Assembly (NCBI GenBank): GCA_965644315.1
Contig: CBFFRQ010000096.1
Location: 62,001-126,000, forward strand
DNA length: 64,000 nt
Direction of reading: 5' to 3'
Origin: Caecitellus pseudoparvulus
Lineage: Eukaryota > Protista > Bigyra: Bicosoecida
How positions within the stretch are numbered: position 1 is the first letter of the stretch; each line of letters opens with the position of its first letter. A model generated the notes under the pieces. The model was not told the origin of the DNA, ran no database searches, and saw nothing but the letters and a program-made list of their open reading frames with translations. Below are positions 26,501-36,637 of this stretch, one piece after another. The translations under genes were made by a program, and so were the position numbers.

Positions 26501-27133
26501 GACCAGGCAGCTGCCTTGCTAGTGGATGCGAGCATGCACAGCATGCGGGCAAGTTGCATTGCCCTCCTTGAGGCTGCGGCGGCAGGGCAAGTGGGAGAGA
26601 GCAAGTCAATCTCTGGCTTTGGCGAGTTGCCGGGGCGAGTCTTGGGCACGCTGCGGGCCCTGCACTGCCGCCACAGCGCCATGGCACCTCAAGCAAAGTT
26701 GCGGGAAGTCCTACTGCAAACGTACCCTCTTCCTGTGTCAGCCTTTGCAGCGGCTCACGGGCAATGGGGCAGCAGTCCCCGCAGTGACACGGCGCAGCAC
26801 CTGAAGGAACACGCTCACTTCCTGTCTTCCTTTGCGCCACTGTCAGGCAAGATGGCATCTGTGGTGGACGCCACCGATGCACTTGCAAGTGACATGTATC
26901 TCCTCGCGCCTGATGTACTGTGTGGGATGCTCCTTGTCTCCGGGCTTCACGAGTTTGGTCTGCATTATCGCTTGCAGCGAGTGGTTCCGGCACCCGCGTC
27001 ACAGAGCAGTGTTACAGACCCCCGCCAACTCTTCCCACGCCGGGTGCGGTGCGCCAGCAACCCAACTCCATTCAAGGAATCCAACCTGCAGGCTCAAATT
27101 GCTGCCGTGCAGACGTGGGGGACGAAGGCATGA
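23576..27133 (+). CDS. Large Ala/Leu-rich hypothetical protein, possibly mitochondrial
   Basis: Frame is open 23372..27133. ATG 23576 gives MLAFRVLRSSLHQTAR, which looks like a presequence. No recognisable catalytic motif. Confidence 0.65.
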   Translation: MLAFRVLRSSLHQTARHGDSTLIKHMWPMAVAGTQVHQLCRRQWQSDVPSDGSLHHLRQAQSAADFDACLSSIQTALACAKEGEGPGTRATGNDLHVHCINHLHLARGWVMAALTMLGKLSSRPGAGPKAAARGRQQAEAACLDAAERACSEAKAALTVARRSTRAWTPRNAAQAAEALHLPSFDRLLAALRWWGLRRPPQGSAPSKVLEAASTSVAAARAHGKQLVSAAAWSTLTPPNPDLALHSMPLSRATELLAALSKAGVPGDAVPSSLLQSVCAALGDLAAEYAPVPPSSADDGRSSLQAASLHITRLSLTLPSEAVPRSQVLTWMASTCGAIAQLDRGHHSATQHGDSVEVLVERLPAFLRSSLSERTEALALVAGAAPRAAGRQDRGAANASATAAAAAAVLLGSNPDAPFLPQEVDAVIACFGLAGRQGTNLDALGQVAQAVVHRRRAGFLPHCTAAQLAAASAALAAVYSDVAPPALRHLAHMCVHQLFVRCTADAGESSALSPVEAAELLHVLRPVLRGSPHAFGVDTSFGEAVVRMEASEGWGSDRLHAAMRGRVGPTGQYFPHSYPAEPAQKQLSKMPLASVARVVDAVVGRVIQAIKSDPSSVRVPLALQTLATAHALGEAHASMAASTCGAPRAFEQEGGSRDLGNPAWRPWEGVPEHRAPAWLQEAEQLCDSLQAARKREERGSYRGDLARMLTPVQFWWNGLFPAGLFNVSPRGSSRARPTQASAAAAAFASMPDRTQATVALYSLLLMRALHRVSRDYRRVGSQYFTAASTHELPPTVLSELAASVNVTELGMRRAALAAWAPSSFGYSDDALLRAAAPRRQGAGFVPDVGAAGEEADELPDFSSTSASDLSDGWLHSSSDDGDTVEDLGRFRLAGAPQSMLRAARVNTLAAARLRHFDECSLAHLSWVIADAMFLLRRQAKVNALLGAAASWALLSGTAPPSAQAAAEVLQSNPHIADQAAALLVDASMHSMRASCIALLEAAAAGQVGESKSISGFGELPGRVLGTLRALHCRHSAMAPQAKLREVLLQTYPLPVSAFAAAHGQWGSSPRSDTAQHLKEHAHFLSSFAPLSGKMASVVDATDALASDMYLLAPDVLCGMLLVSGLHEFGLHYRLQRVVPAPASQSSVTDPRQLFPRRVRCASNPTPFKESNLQAQIAAVQTWGTKA

Positions 27134-27140
27134 CGCGGGG

Positions 27141-30100
27141 TCACTTACCTTGCTGGCCGATCCCGAGGCTGAGCGTGTCTTGGAAGGTCAGCGCGTGCAG
27201 TACCGGCGTCGTGCTCCCAGCTCCTGAAATGGCAATGTATGCAGCCACTTCGGGTACCCACTCAAACGGCAACGCGAGGAGCGAAGCGAACTGCCGCACT
27301 GACGCCGCCGAAAGTGTAGGGGTGTCTGACCTCGCAGCCCCGAAGCCGGTGAGGGCGGGCGCAGTTTGCGCTTCGCGCACAGCAGGCAGAAGTGTTCCCA
27401 GCCACTCCACGTGTTTCTGCCACCCCTCTGTCGCCGACGTGCAGGAGGAGAGGAAGTTCACTGCGGCACCCGCGACAGAGCCCACGGGGGTCTCGCCTTC
27501 TGCATCGGCGCCCAGGCTCAGTGCCATTGAAAAGAGTGCAAGGGGCGGGTGAGACTCGGGTCCCACAGTTGAGTGCATGGGCGCCGAAGCTTGTGCGTGC
27601 AGCTTCACTGCCGCCACCTGCATCTGCCCGTCGGGCCCTCGCAAATGCACCGCGCCGAGCACCCCCTTGTGTGCGGCTCCCACGGCTTTCCATCGCCCAG
27701 GACAGAACAGCAGTGCAGATGTGTCACACTGAGGGGGCGCCAGGAGATCCAGCAAAGGGAATTGCCACGCGGCCACTGTCAAGCTAGCTGCGTCCGGCTC
27801 CACTGCCTTGGCCGGCTCTGGAATGCGGGCTTGCGGCGGTGGCACGCTCTGGTTTGGTAGCGAAAGGCAGACGTCTACATCTTCCTCAGCTTCTGACTCA
27901 GACTCGAAGCCCTCCAGCACATGAAGCTGCTGAGGGGGTGTGGGGGCTGGGGCGCGGGCTGGGCCGTGCAGCGACACGCCTACCCTGTTGAACATGACGT
28001 CGTCGGAAGCCTGCGTGAGCTCGACGACGGGGGAAGCAGTTGGCAGTGCCGGGATAGGCGCGGCTTCCCCGCTTGGCTCGCTTGTTGCCAGCGCCCGGTC
28101 CAAGGCAGCAAGCATGACCATGCGCTCTGAACGCTGCTGCTGGGAGTCCACCCCTGCAAACTGCAATGGCCTGCTCGTTGGTAAACCATCGCTAGCTTCA
28201 ACACCCCGAGATAAGGCCGCGATGACTTCTTGCTGCAGTGTTCGGGAAGTCTTCGTGAGGCCCTCCAAGTTTGCCATGGACGCAGGGTTCTGGTGGTGCT
28301 CTGCCATGTGCTTGACAGCTCTGGCCAACAGCTCAGCCTCACTGAGGTTGAGCCTGCTGCCCCCAGCCACCGTGAGAGTGCGCCCTGATGACTTCCGCCC
28401 CCACCTGCGCGGAGAGGCAGCCTCGTACAGCTCACCATCAGAGGCGTCCTCTTCTTCTAGCTCAATGCCATCAATTTCCTCGTCTTCTTCATCTTCCTCG
28501 TGGATGGAGGCGTCTTCATCATCTGAGTCTGGCTTCAAGCGGCCTCTGCGGCCGATGCGCCTTCGCTTGCCGCCACCGTCACTCTCTTCGTCGAAGACAC
28601 TGCTCTCCGGCGAGCTGGGGCTGCTTCCAGATCCGGCAGAATCACCATCGCCACCCTCCGCGGCGGGTGCTGCGGCAGCCTCTTGCTCGGCTTGAGCTTC
28701 CTTTTCAGCGATGCTGTACAAGGTGTTCAGGGTCTTGGGCTTGGCAGGGCGCTTTCTAAGCTTAATGACCGTCAGCTGCAAGTCCAAGCCAAGGGCCTCC
28801 TTGACCCGTGCATCAGCTCTCGCGATCTTGCTGTTGTACTTGGATGCCAGCCATTCACACCACGGGTTCCAGCACAAATCCTCCCAAGTGGAATCGACAA
28901 TCTCCTTCAATTTGTACGCGCTGCTTACCACCTGGCGTGATGCCGAATCTGGCGAGTTGCCGTTATACAAAATGGCGTTGTCAAAGATGAGCTTCAGGTC
29001 CCCGATGAACTCTTCGAAGGTTCGGTAGATGTCCAGAGTAAGCAGATTCTCTTCCAGCTTGGGGAAGTCCATGGGCTTCTTGACCATCTGAATGTATGAC
29101 TCGAAGAGCAGCCCGTTGAAAGCTGCCTCAACTGGCGTCATGAAGGGGTCTGTGTCCTTTTTCAGCCTGGCGCTCTTGAGCTTCTTCAGCAGCTTCTTGA
29201 GCACCAAGTTATTCTTGAAGCCTTCGTCCAGCGGGGCTTTCAGCGCCTCAACCGGGCGGGCCTGCAGGATCTCAGTCTTTTCCTGTGCAGCCTGCCCGTC
29301 CAAAGCATACTGCACCCACTCAATCCACAGGACTTGCCACATTTCCTTCATGTGGGCGATGCGAAGGCGCATGGCAGCCCCCAGCGGGTCATCACCCGGC
29401 AGCAGGCCTTCTTGGAAGAGTCCATCGAACACTTTGAAGGCTGTCTCGACGGCCTCCTCCACCTCTTTCGGATGTTCAAAGTGCGACACGACATCCAAGT
29501 CATGCGCGGCCAGGGCACGGGCCTCCTCTTCTTCTGAATCCGATTCCTCGCCTGCGCCAGACGAGCCCCGCCGGCGCTTCTTTCCCCCTGAGGACCGCCG
29601 CCGACGGGCGCGTTCTGCAGCAGACTTCCTGATGCGCTCAGCTTCTTTTGCCGAAATGGTGCGGCGCATGGTGCCACCGATGCCTGCCGTGAACGCGTTG
29701 GTCGGGTCCATGAGCCAGATGACGTGGTCCAAGTCCCACACCCGCCAGACCGTGTCGCCGCCTTCCTCGATTTCCTGCCACCTGAGTTTCAGGCGCTCCT
29801 CCTCTGGAACGCCAGCCGCTTCCATGGCAGCCTCCCACGCTTCCATGCGCTGTTGCCCCTCTGCTACAGGCATCTCCAAGTGGGCCAGGGGGGTGGCGAA
29901 CTTGCTCACTTTCAAGTGCCGAACAGCCGCCTTGGCCTTGCCCACCCACTCCAAGTTTGCCATGTCAGAGGGGAGGTCTGCCCACTCAGGCTTGGCGAAG
30001 CGCTGCACGCCCCCTTCTGGAACCTTCTTGTAGTTGGACGACCTAAACACCGGCGGCGCGTCAGGGTCCACGGGGGGTTCAGGTGCAGCATGGGCAGCAG

Positions 30101-32936
30101 AAGTTGCGCCCCGACTGCGCCCGCGCCCGCTCCCACCGCGCTTCCGGGGCTTTGAGGGCTGCCACGTGTCGTCGTCGTCACCAAACATGTCGTCGAATTC
30201 TTCATCATCGTAGTCGTCATCCCTTCTCTGGCGCCGTGACCGGTCATCATCAAGCCTCGCAGCCCGCCGAGGCGCGCCCAGCTTCAGCTTGATTTTCGCA
30301 GCCGGTGCAGCCATCACCCCACTGGCCGACGCAAACTGCTGGAACAACTGCATCATGGCCGGGTTCTGCAATTGGTCGAAGCTGGGGCCTGATTGATTCC
30401 CCGAGCTTTTCAATCTCAAGGAGAGTTTGGTGCTCCCTCCTGGAGTGGACGCCGGCGTCGGAGGCGCAGGCGTTCGGGCAGCTGGCGTGGAGGCCTTCCC
30501 GCCCCCAAATGACAAGCGTATGGACGCCTTGGGAGGGCCTGAAGGCTTTGTGGTAGCTGGCTTGGCACTTGTGTCTTGTGTTGGTCGAATGCTGAGCTTG
30601 ATCCGGGCTCCAGTCGCAGGAGTCGGGGCAGGGCTCGGAGCAACTGGGGCAGGGCTTGGTGCAGGGGCGGGAGCTGGTGTGGGGAACGTGCCCGCCTCTC
30701 TTGGGGCATGATTGGGGAAGCTCTGCCGCCTAGAGAAGCTGGACAGCGCACCAATCGTGTCACGCTCAGCGGCAGCCATGTCAGGCATGCCAGGCATCGC
30801 CGGGGAAAACTGTGGCACAGGAGCAGTCGGGGCAGGCACACCCAGCATGCCCATGTGCCCGGCGGTGGCAGTGGCCGGAGCGGGGGCCAAAGCAGGCAGA
30901 GCCTGGGAGACTGGGGTCGTCTCCGGCCGAGAAGCGGGAGCAGGGAGCCGAGCCGGGCTGGGAACCTTGGGTTCAATCCTTGTTGGCGTATAGCGGGGTC
31001 CCTGATAAAACTCCTGGTTGGCTTCGTATGGGAAGGCATGAGACAGGAGCTGTGTAAAGCGCTTCTCCGTGGTATTCGCGATGTGGCGGAAATCAGCACC
31101 GCGCACGAGGTCAGAATTGTACGTCCGACAGTTCTTGAACACCAGCATCACGTCTGCCTTCCACTCCTCCAGTCGCTGGTACTGCCAATTCGCGAGCTTT
31201 GCCTCAATAGTGCTGAAGTCCATTGGCTGCTCGATGACGTCCAAGTACCCTGGTGTGTTTGCAAAGTCGACAGGCTTCCCAAACACTGTCCCAGCCAACA
31301 CCGTTGCCGAGGACATGGAGCTGCTGATTGTCGTGGAGTGCAGCTTGTCCATGACAGTCATGCACTTACTGTGCAGCATCTTCCCTGCCTCTCCGATGGA
31401 AGGCCGAGTGTTCGTCAGCTTGGTGGTGAATGGGTGGCTGATTTTCCTACCTGGCACTCGCGGGCCACTGGGCGTGGACGCGGCCGCTCCTGCTGAGGCA
31501 GTCCGCCTCCGAACTGGAGCAGCCTCGTCTCCCGCTTGCACCCACCCCTTTGCACGGCTCGTCGAGCGCTGGGGTGTCGGAAGTTCATACTCTTCTTCAC
31601 CTTTGTCGATGACCCCTTGAGCTGGAAAACCAAGGTGACTGGTGCACAGCCGGTCAATGTCTCGCAGGAGGCCGGTCGCAGCGAGCTGCACAGAAGGGTC
31701 TGCCCCTCCCCGGCCTGGCTGCCAGTACTCTTGTGCGTTCTTCGGCACCCGTAGGAGGTCTGCCATGGCTTGGCCTTTGTGGGCATAGGCCCCTTCGTAC
31801 AAGTTGCGCAGGACTTTGCTGAGCCACATGGGCTTGGACACGAACTCGCGGTACCTGGGCAGCCCGGAGGGGGCAAGGAAGTCGAGGCTCTGCGCAAACG
31901 CGCTGTGCTTGCCCACTCTCCCCCCTTGGCCTGACTCAGTCATGTTCAGGAGAGCCTCCACGATTGCAATACACTGCTTGTATCCATGGAAGCTCTTTGG
32001 CAGCGCCCCTGGCAATTGCCGGAGCAGCGGGTTCGCATTCGTGGCCTTGTCGGCCGCGGCTAACTCCCGAATCGCCGCCTTGCGGAAAATATCAGCAGGG
32101 GAACAGTTGAACTCGATGCAGTTGCAGTACACGTGCCGAACATCTCGCACGGCTTCCAGGACACTGCTGAACTGTTGCCCAGCCGCACGGCGCCTCAGCA
32201 AGCCAAGGTCCAGCGGTCGCTTGATGGCACGCTCGTACCCTGGTACCTGCACCGGAGTTGAGAACAGCTCCTTCCCTGACTTGGTTCCCATGCGCTCTTG
32301 GATGTAGTGCAGGGCAAGATCGTTGTGGGTTTTGCTCGGGATGGCATCCAGTCCGCCAGCAGCATACACCTTTGCCATCCGCTCGGATAGCTTCGCAAGC
32401 TGTGCCTCCTTCGCAGCCACGTGCAGCTGCTTGATGGCCTTCTCCACACCTTTGGACAAGTTCTCAGCGCAAATGTACACAGGTGATCCAGGGTCATTGA
32501 ACGTCATGGCATTCTGTGGGATCAGGCGCAGGTCCTGGATGAACTCATCCACAGTGCGGAACTTGCTCGAGCTGGCGTTTGGCCCGAGCTTTGTCTGTGC
32601 GCGTGGCAGCGGGGTCCACGGGTGAACGTAAGCACTGGCAGTGCATCTGACTTAGACTAGAATCTTACAGATAGCGTCTGGAAGTCCACTGCGCAGATCA
32701 CGAGAGGGAAAAGGCGAGGGCAGTGGCTCGGCTGTCGTGGGCTTGCGGAAACAGAGCACCCCCTCACTTGGCGTTTTCACTTTCTCAAAGTAGGCCGCGA
32801 ACGTCTGCGGCACGGGCTCGTTGAACCATAAGTCGATCTTCCTGGTCTTCTTCACAGCCTCCAGCGCTTTGGTCATGGCTTGGTGCTCCATCTCTGAGAG
32901 CCCTGGCTCGGCGCCGTCAGCGCCAGCACTCGCCAT
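27141..32936 (-). CDS. Multi-bromodomain chromatin protein, 3 exons
   Basis: Five bromodomain signatures: WFNEPV..TPMDF..NAMTFN, LFSTPV..RPLDL..NCIEFN, KPMWL..NAQEYW, FGKPVD..QPMDF..NCRTYN, PFMTPV..KPMDF..NAILYN. Predicted exons 32768-32936, 32669-32688 (20-nt micro-exon) and 27141-32594 join in frame. Confidence 0.88.
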
Positions 32937-33093
32937 GGTGCACTCTCGATGGGATCAGGGGTTGAGGCAGCCAGAGTGTGGGTGCTCGGCGAGGCACACA
33001 CACTCCGATGTAGGTTCCCCCTGACGACAGCTCCAGAGCGCACGGCCACGCGCCAAAGCTCTACCTTTCGTGTTTTAGCGAGGACAGCTCTCC

Positions 33094-35445
33094 GTGCCGA
33101 ACCATCCTCCGCACCCGGCGCAGACTGAGCCAGTGGTCACTCCAAGTCCCCTCGTCGCATTAGAATTCCTGCTAGCACACCCCGGTGCTTCATGGTTATG
33201 GAAGCCCCAGGCTACTATCGAGATGGCAGCAAGTACCCTGCAGCAAAGTGCATGGCCGTGGAACGGCTCGGTTCCATCGCTGTACAAGCCTGTAGCACAT
33301 ACGGGCGTCAATTTCTCACAGTGCGATGACGTGCAAACCTCCAAGCATGTCAAAGGCAGCTTCTTGGTGGAACCAGGCAGCTTCATTCCAGCGCAAGTCA
33401 TGGCACAGAGTCAGCCCGGGCATGCGCGGGGGGCCGAGCAAGGCAGCGTGCCAGGCGTCCTTGCTGCGTTGCAGGAGTGGCGGCACGAAGAGGACATGCG
33501 CGCAGGCCTGAGCACGATGTTCGCTGCGCAAAGCATGCTACTGCATGAAGTGGAGCACGAGACGTTCTCCTCATCGTTGCCAGTACTGCCTGTTGCCACT
33601 GTCCTTCTGTGCAAAGCAGGGTCTGATCTTGGCGTTGCCGCCACGGCAACTTCCGCTGCGTCTCTTCTTGCTGCAGCTCTATCCTCAGGATCCACAGCAG
33701 CTAGACAACCAGAAACACCTTCGGCCAGTCGGATTTGTGTGTGTCTATCAAGCTGCATCGTGCTGAAGCACTTGCTGGGAGCTGCAGAGGTGCAGGATGC
33801 AGGGCTGAGACGAATGGTGTCGCAGCGGGCAACGTCTGTGTCGAGCCTGCTCAAGAAGAGGCTCCCGTGGACAGACCTGAACCTCATCACACCGCTCCTC
33901 TCTCGGCTTCAGTGCACCTCATCTGAAACGGAGCCTCAACCGGCGACGGTCACTTCCGTCTTGAGTGCCTGCAGCGTGCTGGGTGCCACGCAAGCTGTGG
34001 GTTTGGCGCTCGTGGTAGACAGCTGCGTCAGAGTCTGCCTGCAGATGCCCAGAAGTTCACAACTTGAGGACCATGTTGCCTGTGCAGCTCTTTTGGCAGT
34101 GTCTTGCGGGCCTGCGAGTGCTGGTCCCGGCTTGGTGCAGGCAGCGGCCGCTTGTGGCAGCATCTTCTTGGAGACTGATGAACTGCCATCGCAATCTGCC
34201 TCACTGCTGCACATTTCGCTTGGCATGCTTGTACAATCCCAGCCCGCGCTGGGCCCACGAGACTGTGCGTGCATTGTGCTGGCCGCAGCAAGGCGAGGCA
34301 CACTCTCTGAGCAAAGCCTACGGCAGCTTGGGCTGCAGCGCCTGTGTGGTGGCGACGAAGAAGCCGAAGCGCTAGACTTTCTGGAGGCTTGCCTTCTCGC
34401 AGGAGTCCAGGCAAAATCTGAGCAAGCGATCTCACGACTTGCTGCAGTGGCATGTCAAAGAGGTCAGGGGCCTTCGCGCCGGCGCGAGCAGGACATGTCC
34501 CTTGTGCGTGCAGTGGCAGGGCCCGGAGTCATGGCCCGCCTTGCACGGGTACTCTTTCAACGAGAAGGAAGCGTGGACGTGCTTTCCTACTTGGGCCAGT
34601 GCCACGATAAAGGCGGCCAGCAAACTGAAAGTGGCCTTGAGGTGGGCGCTGCCCCTCTGCCCTTTGCTTGGGCCAAGGCAGCGGCATCTGCTGGACAAGT
34701 GTGGGATACCGAGCTACTCGCACATATCCCAATGGAAGTTTTTCGGGAAAGTGAAGCCTGCCTGTTGGTTGGCGTTCTCCTTAGACACGGGTTCGATGCT
34801 GGAATTGCCAGCCTGCCTCATTGGTCTCGAGACGTGAAGCCTCTGCTTGCGGCGTGGCACACAGTCGCACAATCACCTTCCCACGATTGGCTCTGCAACG
34901 CTGCAAGGCGCAGCCTTGCTCACTACTGTGCCCCGGAGGTCGCTCTGCAGGCGCTTGCGCAGGTGGGGGCTTGCCTTTCAAAAACAATCCCCAAAGCGCC
35001 GCGAAGTTTGCACAAGGCGATCAGCAAGGTATGCCAGCTCGAGCTTCCAGGACTGATGAAGCTGGCTCTTTTGACTGGATGGATAGCACCAAGTCAGCGT
35101 GCCATCCCCAACGACTTGGAGCTGGATCTGCTGGCGGAGTGCATCCTGCAGAGTAGCAGCCCTGGTACTTGGCATGGGCTGTTGACCCTCCTTCGGACGC
35201 GCCACCATACTGAAAAAAGGCCATCTGAGCATGAATCTGTGTTGCTTGGAGACCTTCTGTGGCTGTGTCAGCATGCCCAGCTTGTTGGGCGTGCAGGGAT
35301 GTGCATGTGCCAAATGTGCACAGATCCCTGGCCCAATCAGCACGGGCCTGCCACGCTGTTCGAAAGTGCCTTGAGCCTCAAGGCAAGTAGAGAAGAACAT
35401 TCTGCACAATATCGTGAGCAGCGCTCTGCTGCACTGCCTTCTTGA
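33094..35445 (+). CDS. Hypothetical Leu/Ala-rich, probably helical protein (likely start ATG 33400)
   Basis: 783-codon open frame filling the gap between flanking genes. No family recognised. Confidence 0.6.
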   Translation: MPNHPPHPAQTEPVVTPSPLVALEFLLAHPGASWLWKPQATIEMAASTLQQSAWPWNGSVPSLYKPVAHTGVNFSQCDDVQTSKHVKGSFLVEPGSFIPAQVMAQSQPGHARGAEQGSVPGVLAALQEWRHEEDMRAGLSTMFAAQSMLLHEVEHETFSSSLPVLPVATVLLCKAGSDLGVAATATSAASLLAAALSSGSTAARQPETPSASRICVCLSSCIVLKHLLGAAEVQDAGLRRMVSQRATSVSSLLKKRLPWTDLNLITPLLSRLQCTSSETEPQPATVTSVLSACSVLGATQAVGLALVVDSCVRVCLQMPRSSQLEDHVACAALLAVSCGPASAGPGLVQAAAACGSIFLETDELPSQSASLLHISLGMLVQSQPALGPRDCACIVLAAARRGTLSEQSLRQLGLQRLCGGDEEAEALDFLEACLLAGVQAKSEQAISRLAAVACQRGQGPSRRREQDMSLVRAVAGPGVMARLARVLFQREGSVDVLSYLGQCHDKGGQQTESGLEVGAAPLPFAWAKAAASAGQVWDTELLAHIPMEVFRESEACLLVGVLLRHGFDAGIASLPHWSRDVKPLLAAWHTVAQSPSHDWLCNAARRSLAHYCAPEVALQALAQVGACLSKTIPKAPRSLHKAISKVCQLELPGLMKLALLTGWIAPSQRAIPNDLELDLLAECILQSSSPGTWHGLLTLLRTRHHTEKRPSEHESVLLGDLLWLCQHAQLVGRAGMCMCQMCTDPWPNQHGPATLFESALSLKASREEHSAQYREQRSAALPS

Positions 35446-36457
35446 GGGCTTCTACAGTCCGGTCGCCTCGGCCCAGGCTGGACTTGGCTTGCGCCAAGGC
35501 TTTGCCCACCGCTGCGGCATCCCCACCAGCGACCCTGACTTGTTTAATGCACAGTCCAATCTGCAACAAGGGGAAGCATTGTGTTGTAGGTAAGGGGGTT
35601 GGCATGCGTCAGCGGCACGCACTGCTTCGCGCAAAGCAAGCTCGGACGAGTGTGAGCTGGAGTGGGCAGTGGCAGTGTCTGACGCGCGCTCAGGACGCCG
35701 TTCAGGCACACCTGCTGTGGAAAGAACACGCATGCAGTCCGCTTGCACTTCCTCGCTGCGCAAGAGAATGGTTTGGGCCTTGGACAGTGCATCGACTTTG
35801 GGCTCTTGCAGCGCGAGGCCGCACCTGCATCGCTCCGCGTCAATGCACGTAAGGGACCCGCCTTCCCACGACCCAATGGCTCCTGACTTGCTGCTTGAAT
35901 CAGAGTCTGGGAGGCCAGAGAGCACTGTTTGGAGCGTTCCTGGCGCCACCGCAGCATGTGCCGGAGTTCGAATCTCTCGCGATGCGAGTCTTTGCTCACA
36001 CACACTAGACCTGGCGTGCAACACAAGCGAGTGAAAAGGGGCAATGTCTGTGCCAAGCGACAGTTGTATGTCTCTCGTGCCGGGTTGCGACCCTCGCCAT
36101 GGCCGCCAACGCACTTGCTCTGGCCAGATTGAAGTACGGCTTGCGCAGGCTTGGCAGATGAAACGTGTCATCAACGAGCACCGTTCTATGTGCCTCCAGC
36201 TCCGCACCAGCGACTGCAACGGCATGCATCCTAGCTTTCTTCAGGAGCTTTGCCGTCTGGCTGGCTGATATCGTGCCTTCCTCGAGAGCTTCCTGTGCCG
36301 CCAAAAATTCACCGTCATACAGCTCGTCCACCGACACGACCCGGCAGTCCCCACCAAGTTTCTCGAGCAAGCCGCGGCATACCGTCGACTTTCCACTTCC
36401 AGGTGCGCCGCATACAAGCAGTATGCCAGCAGTGCCTGCTTGGCTCTGGGCGGCCAT
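35378..36457 (-). CDS. PSTK: L-seryl-tRNA(Sec) kinase (PSTK)-like P-loop kinase
   Basis: LLVCGAPGSGKST, VSVDE, VLVDDTFHLPSLRKPYFNLAR, and C-terminal HSSELALREA|IGLCIK..GKALAQAK, which resembles the PSTK tail. Predicted introns 36048-36114 and 35561-35622. KTI12 or another AAA_33 kinase is not fully excluded. Confidence 0.65.
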
Positions 36458-36637
36458 CGCAGGCCACACCAGCGAATGGGTGTGGTGCTGCGGGACGCGT
36501 CCTGCGTTCGCGAAAGCTGCACGAACTAATCATAAACGAAGAAGAGTTGCACCTGGCTAATGCGAAATCAAATTGATTACTGGATTTCCGCCACTGAATC
36601 ACAGGCGGGTAGATTTTGTTGGGTGGGACGCGTTGCA

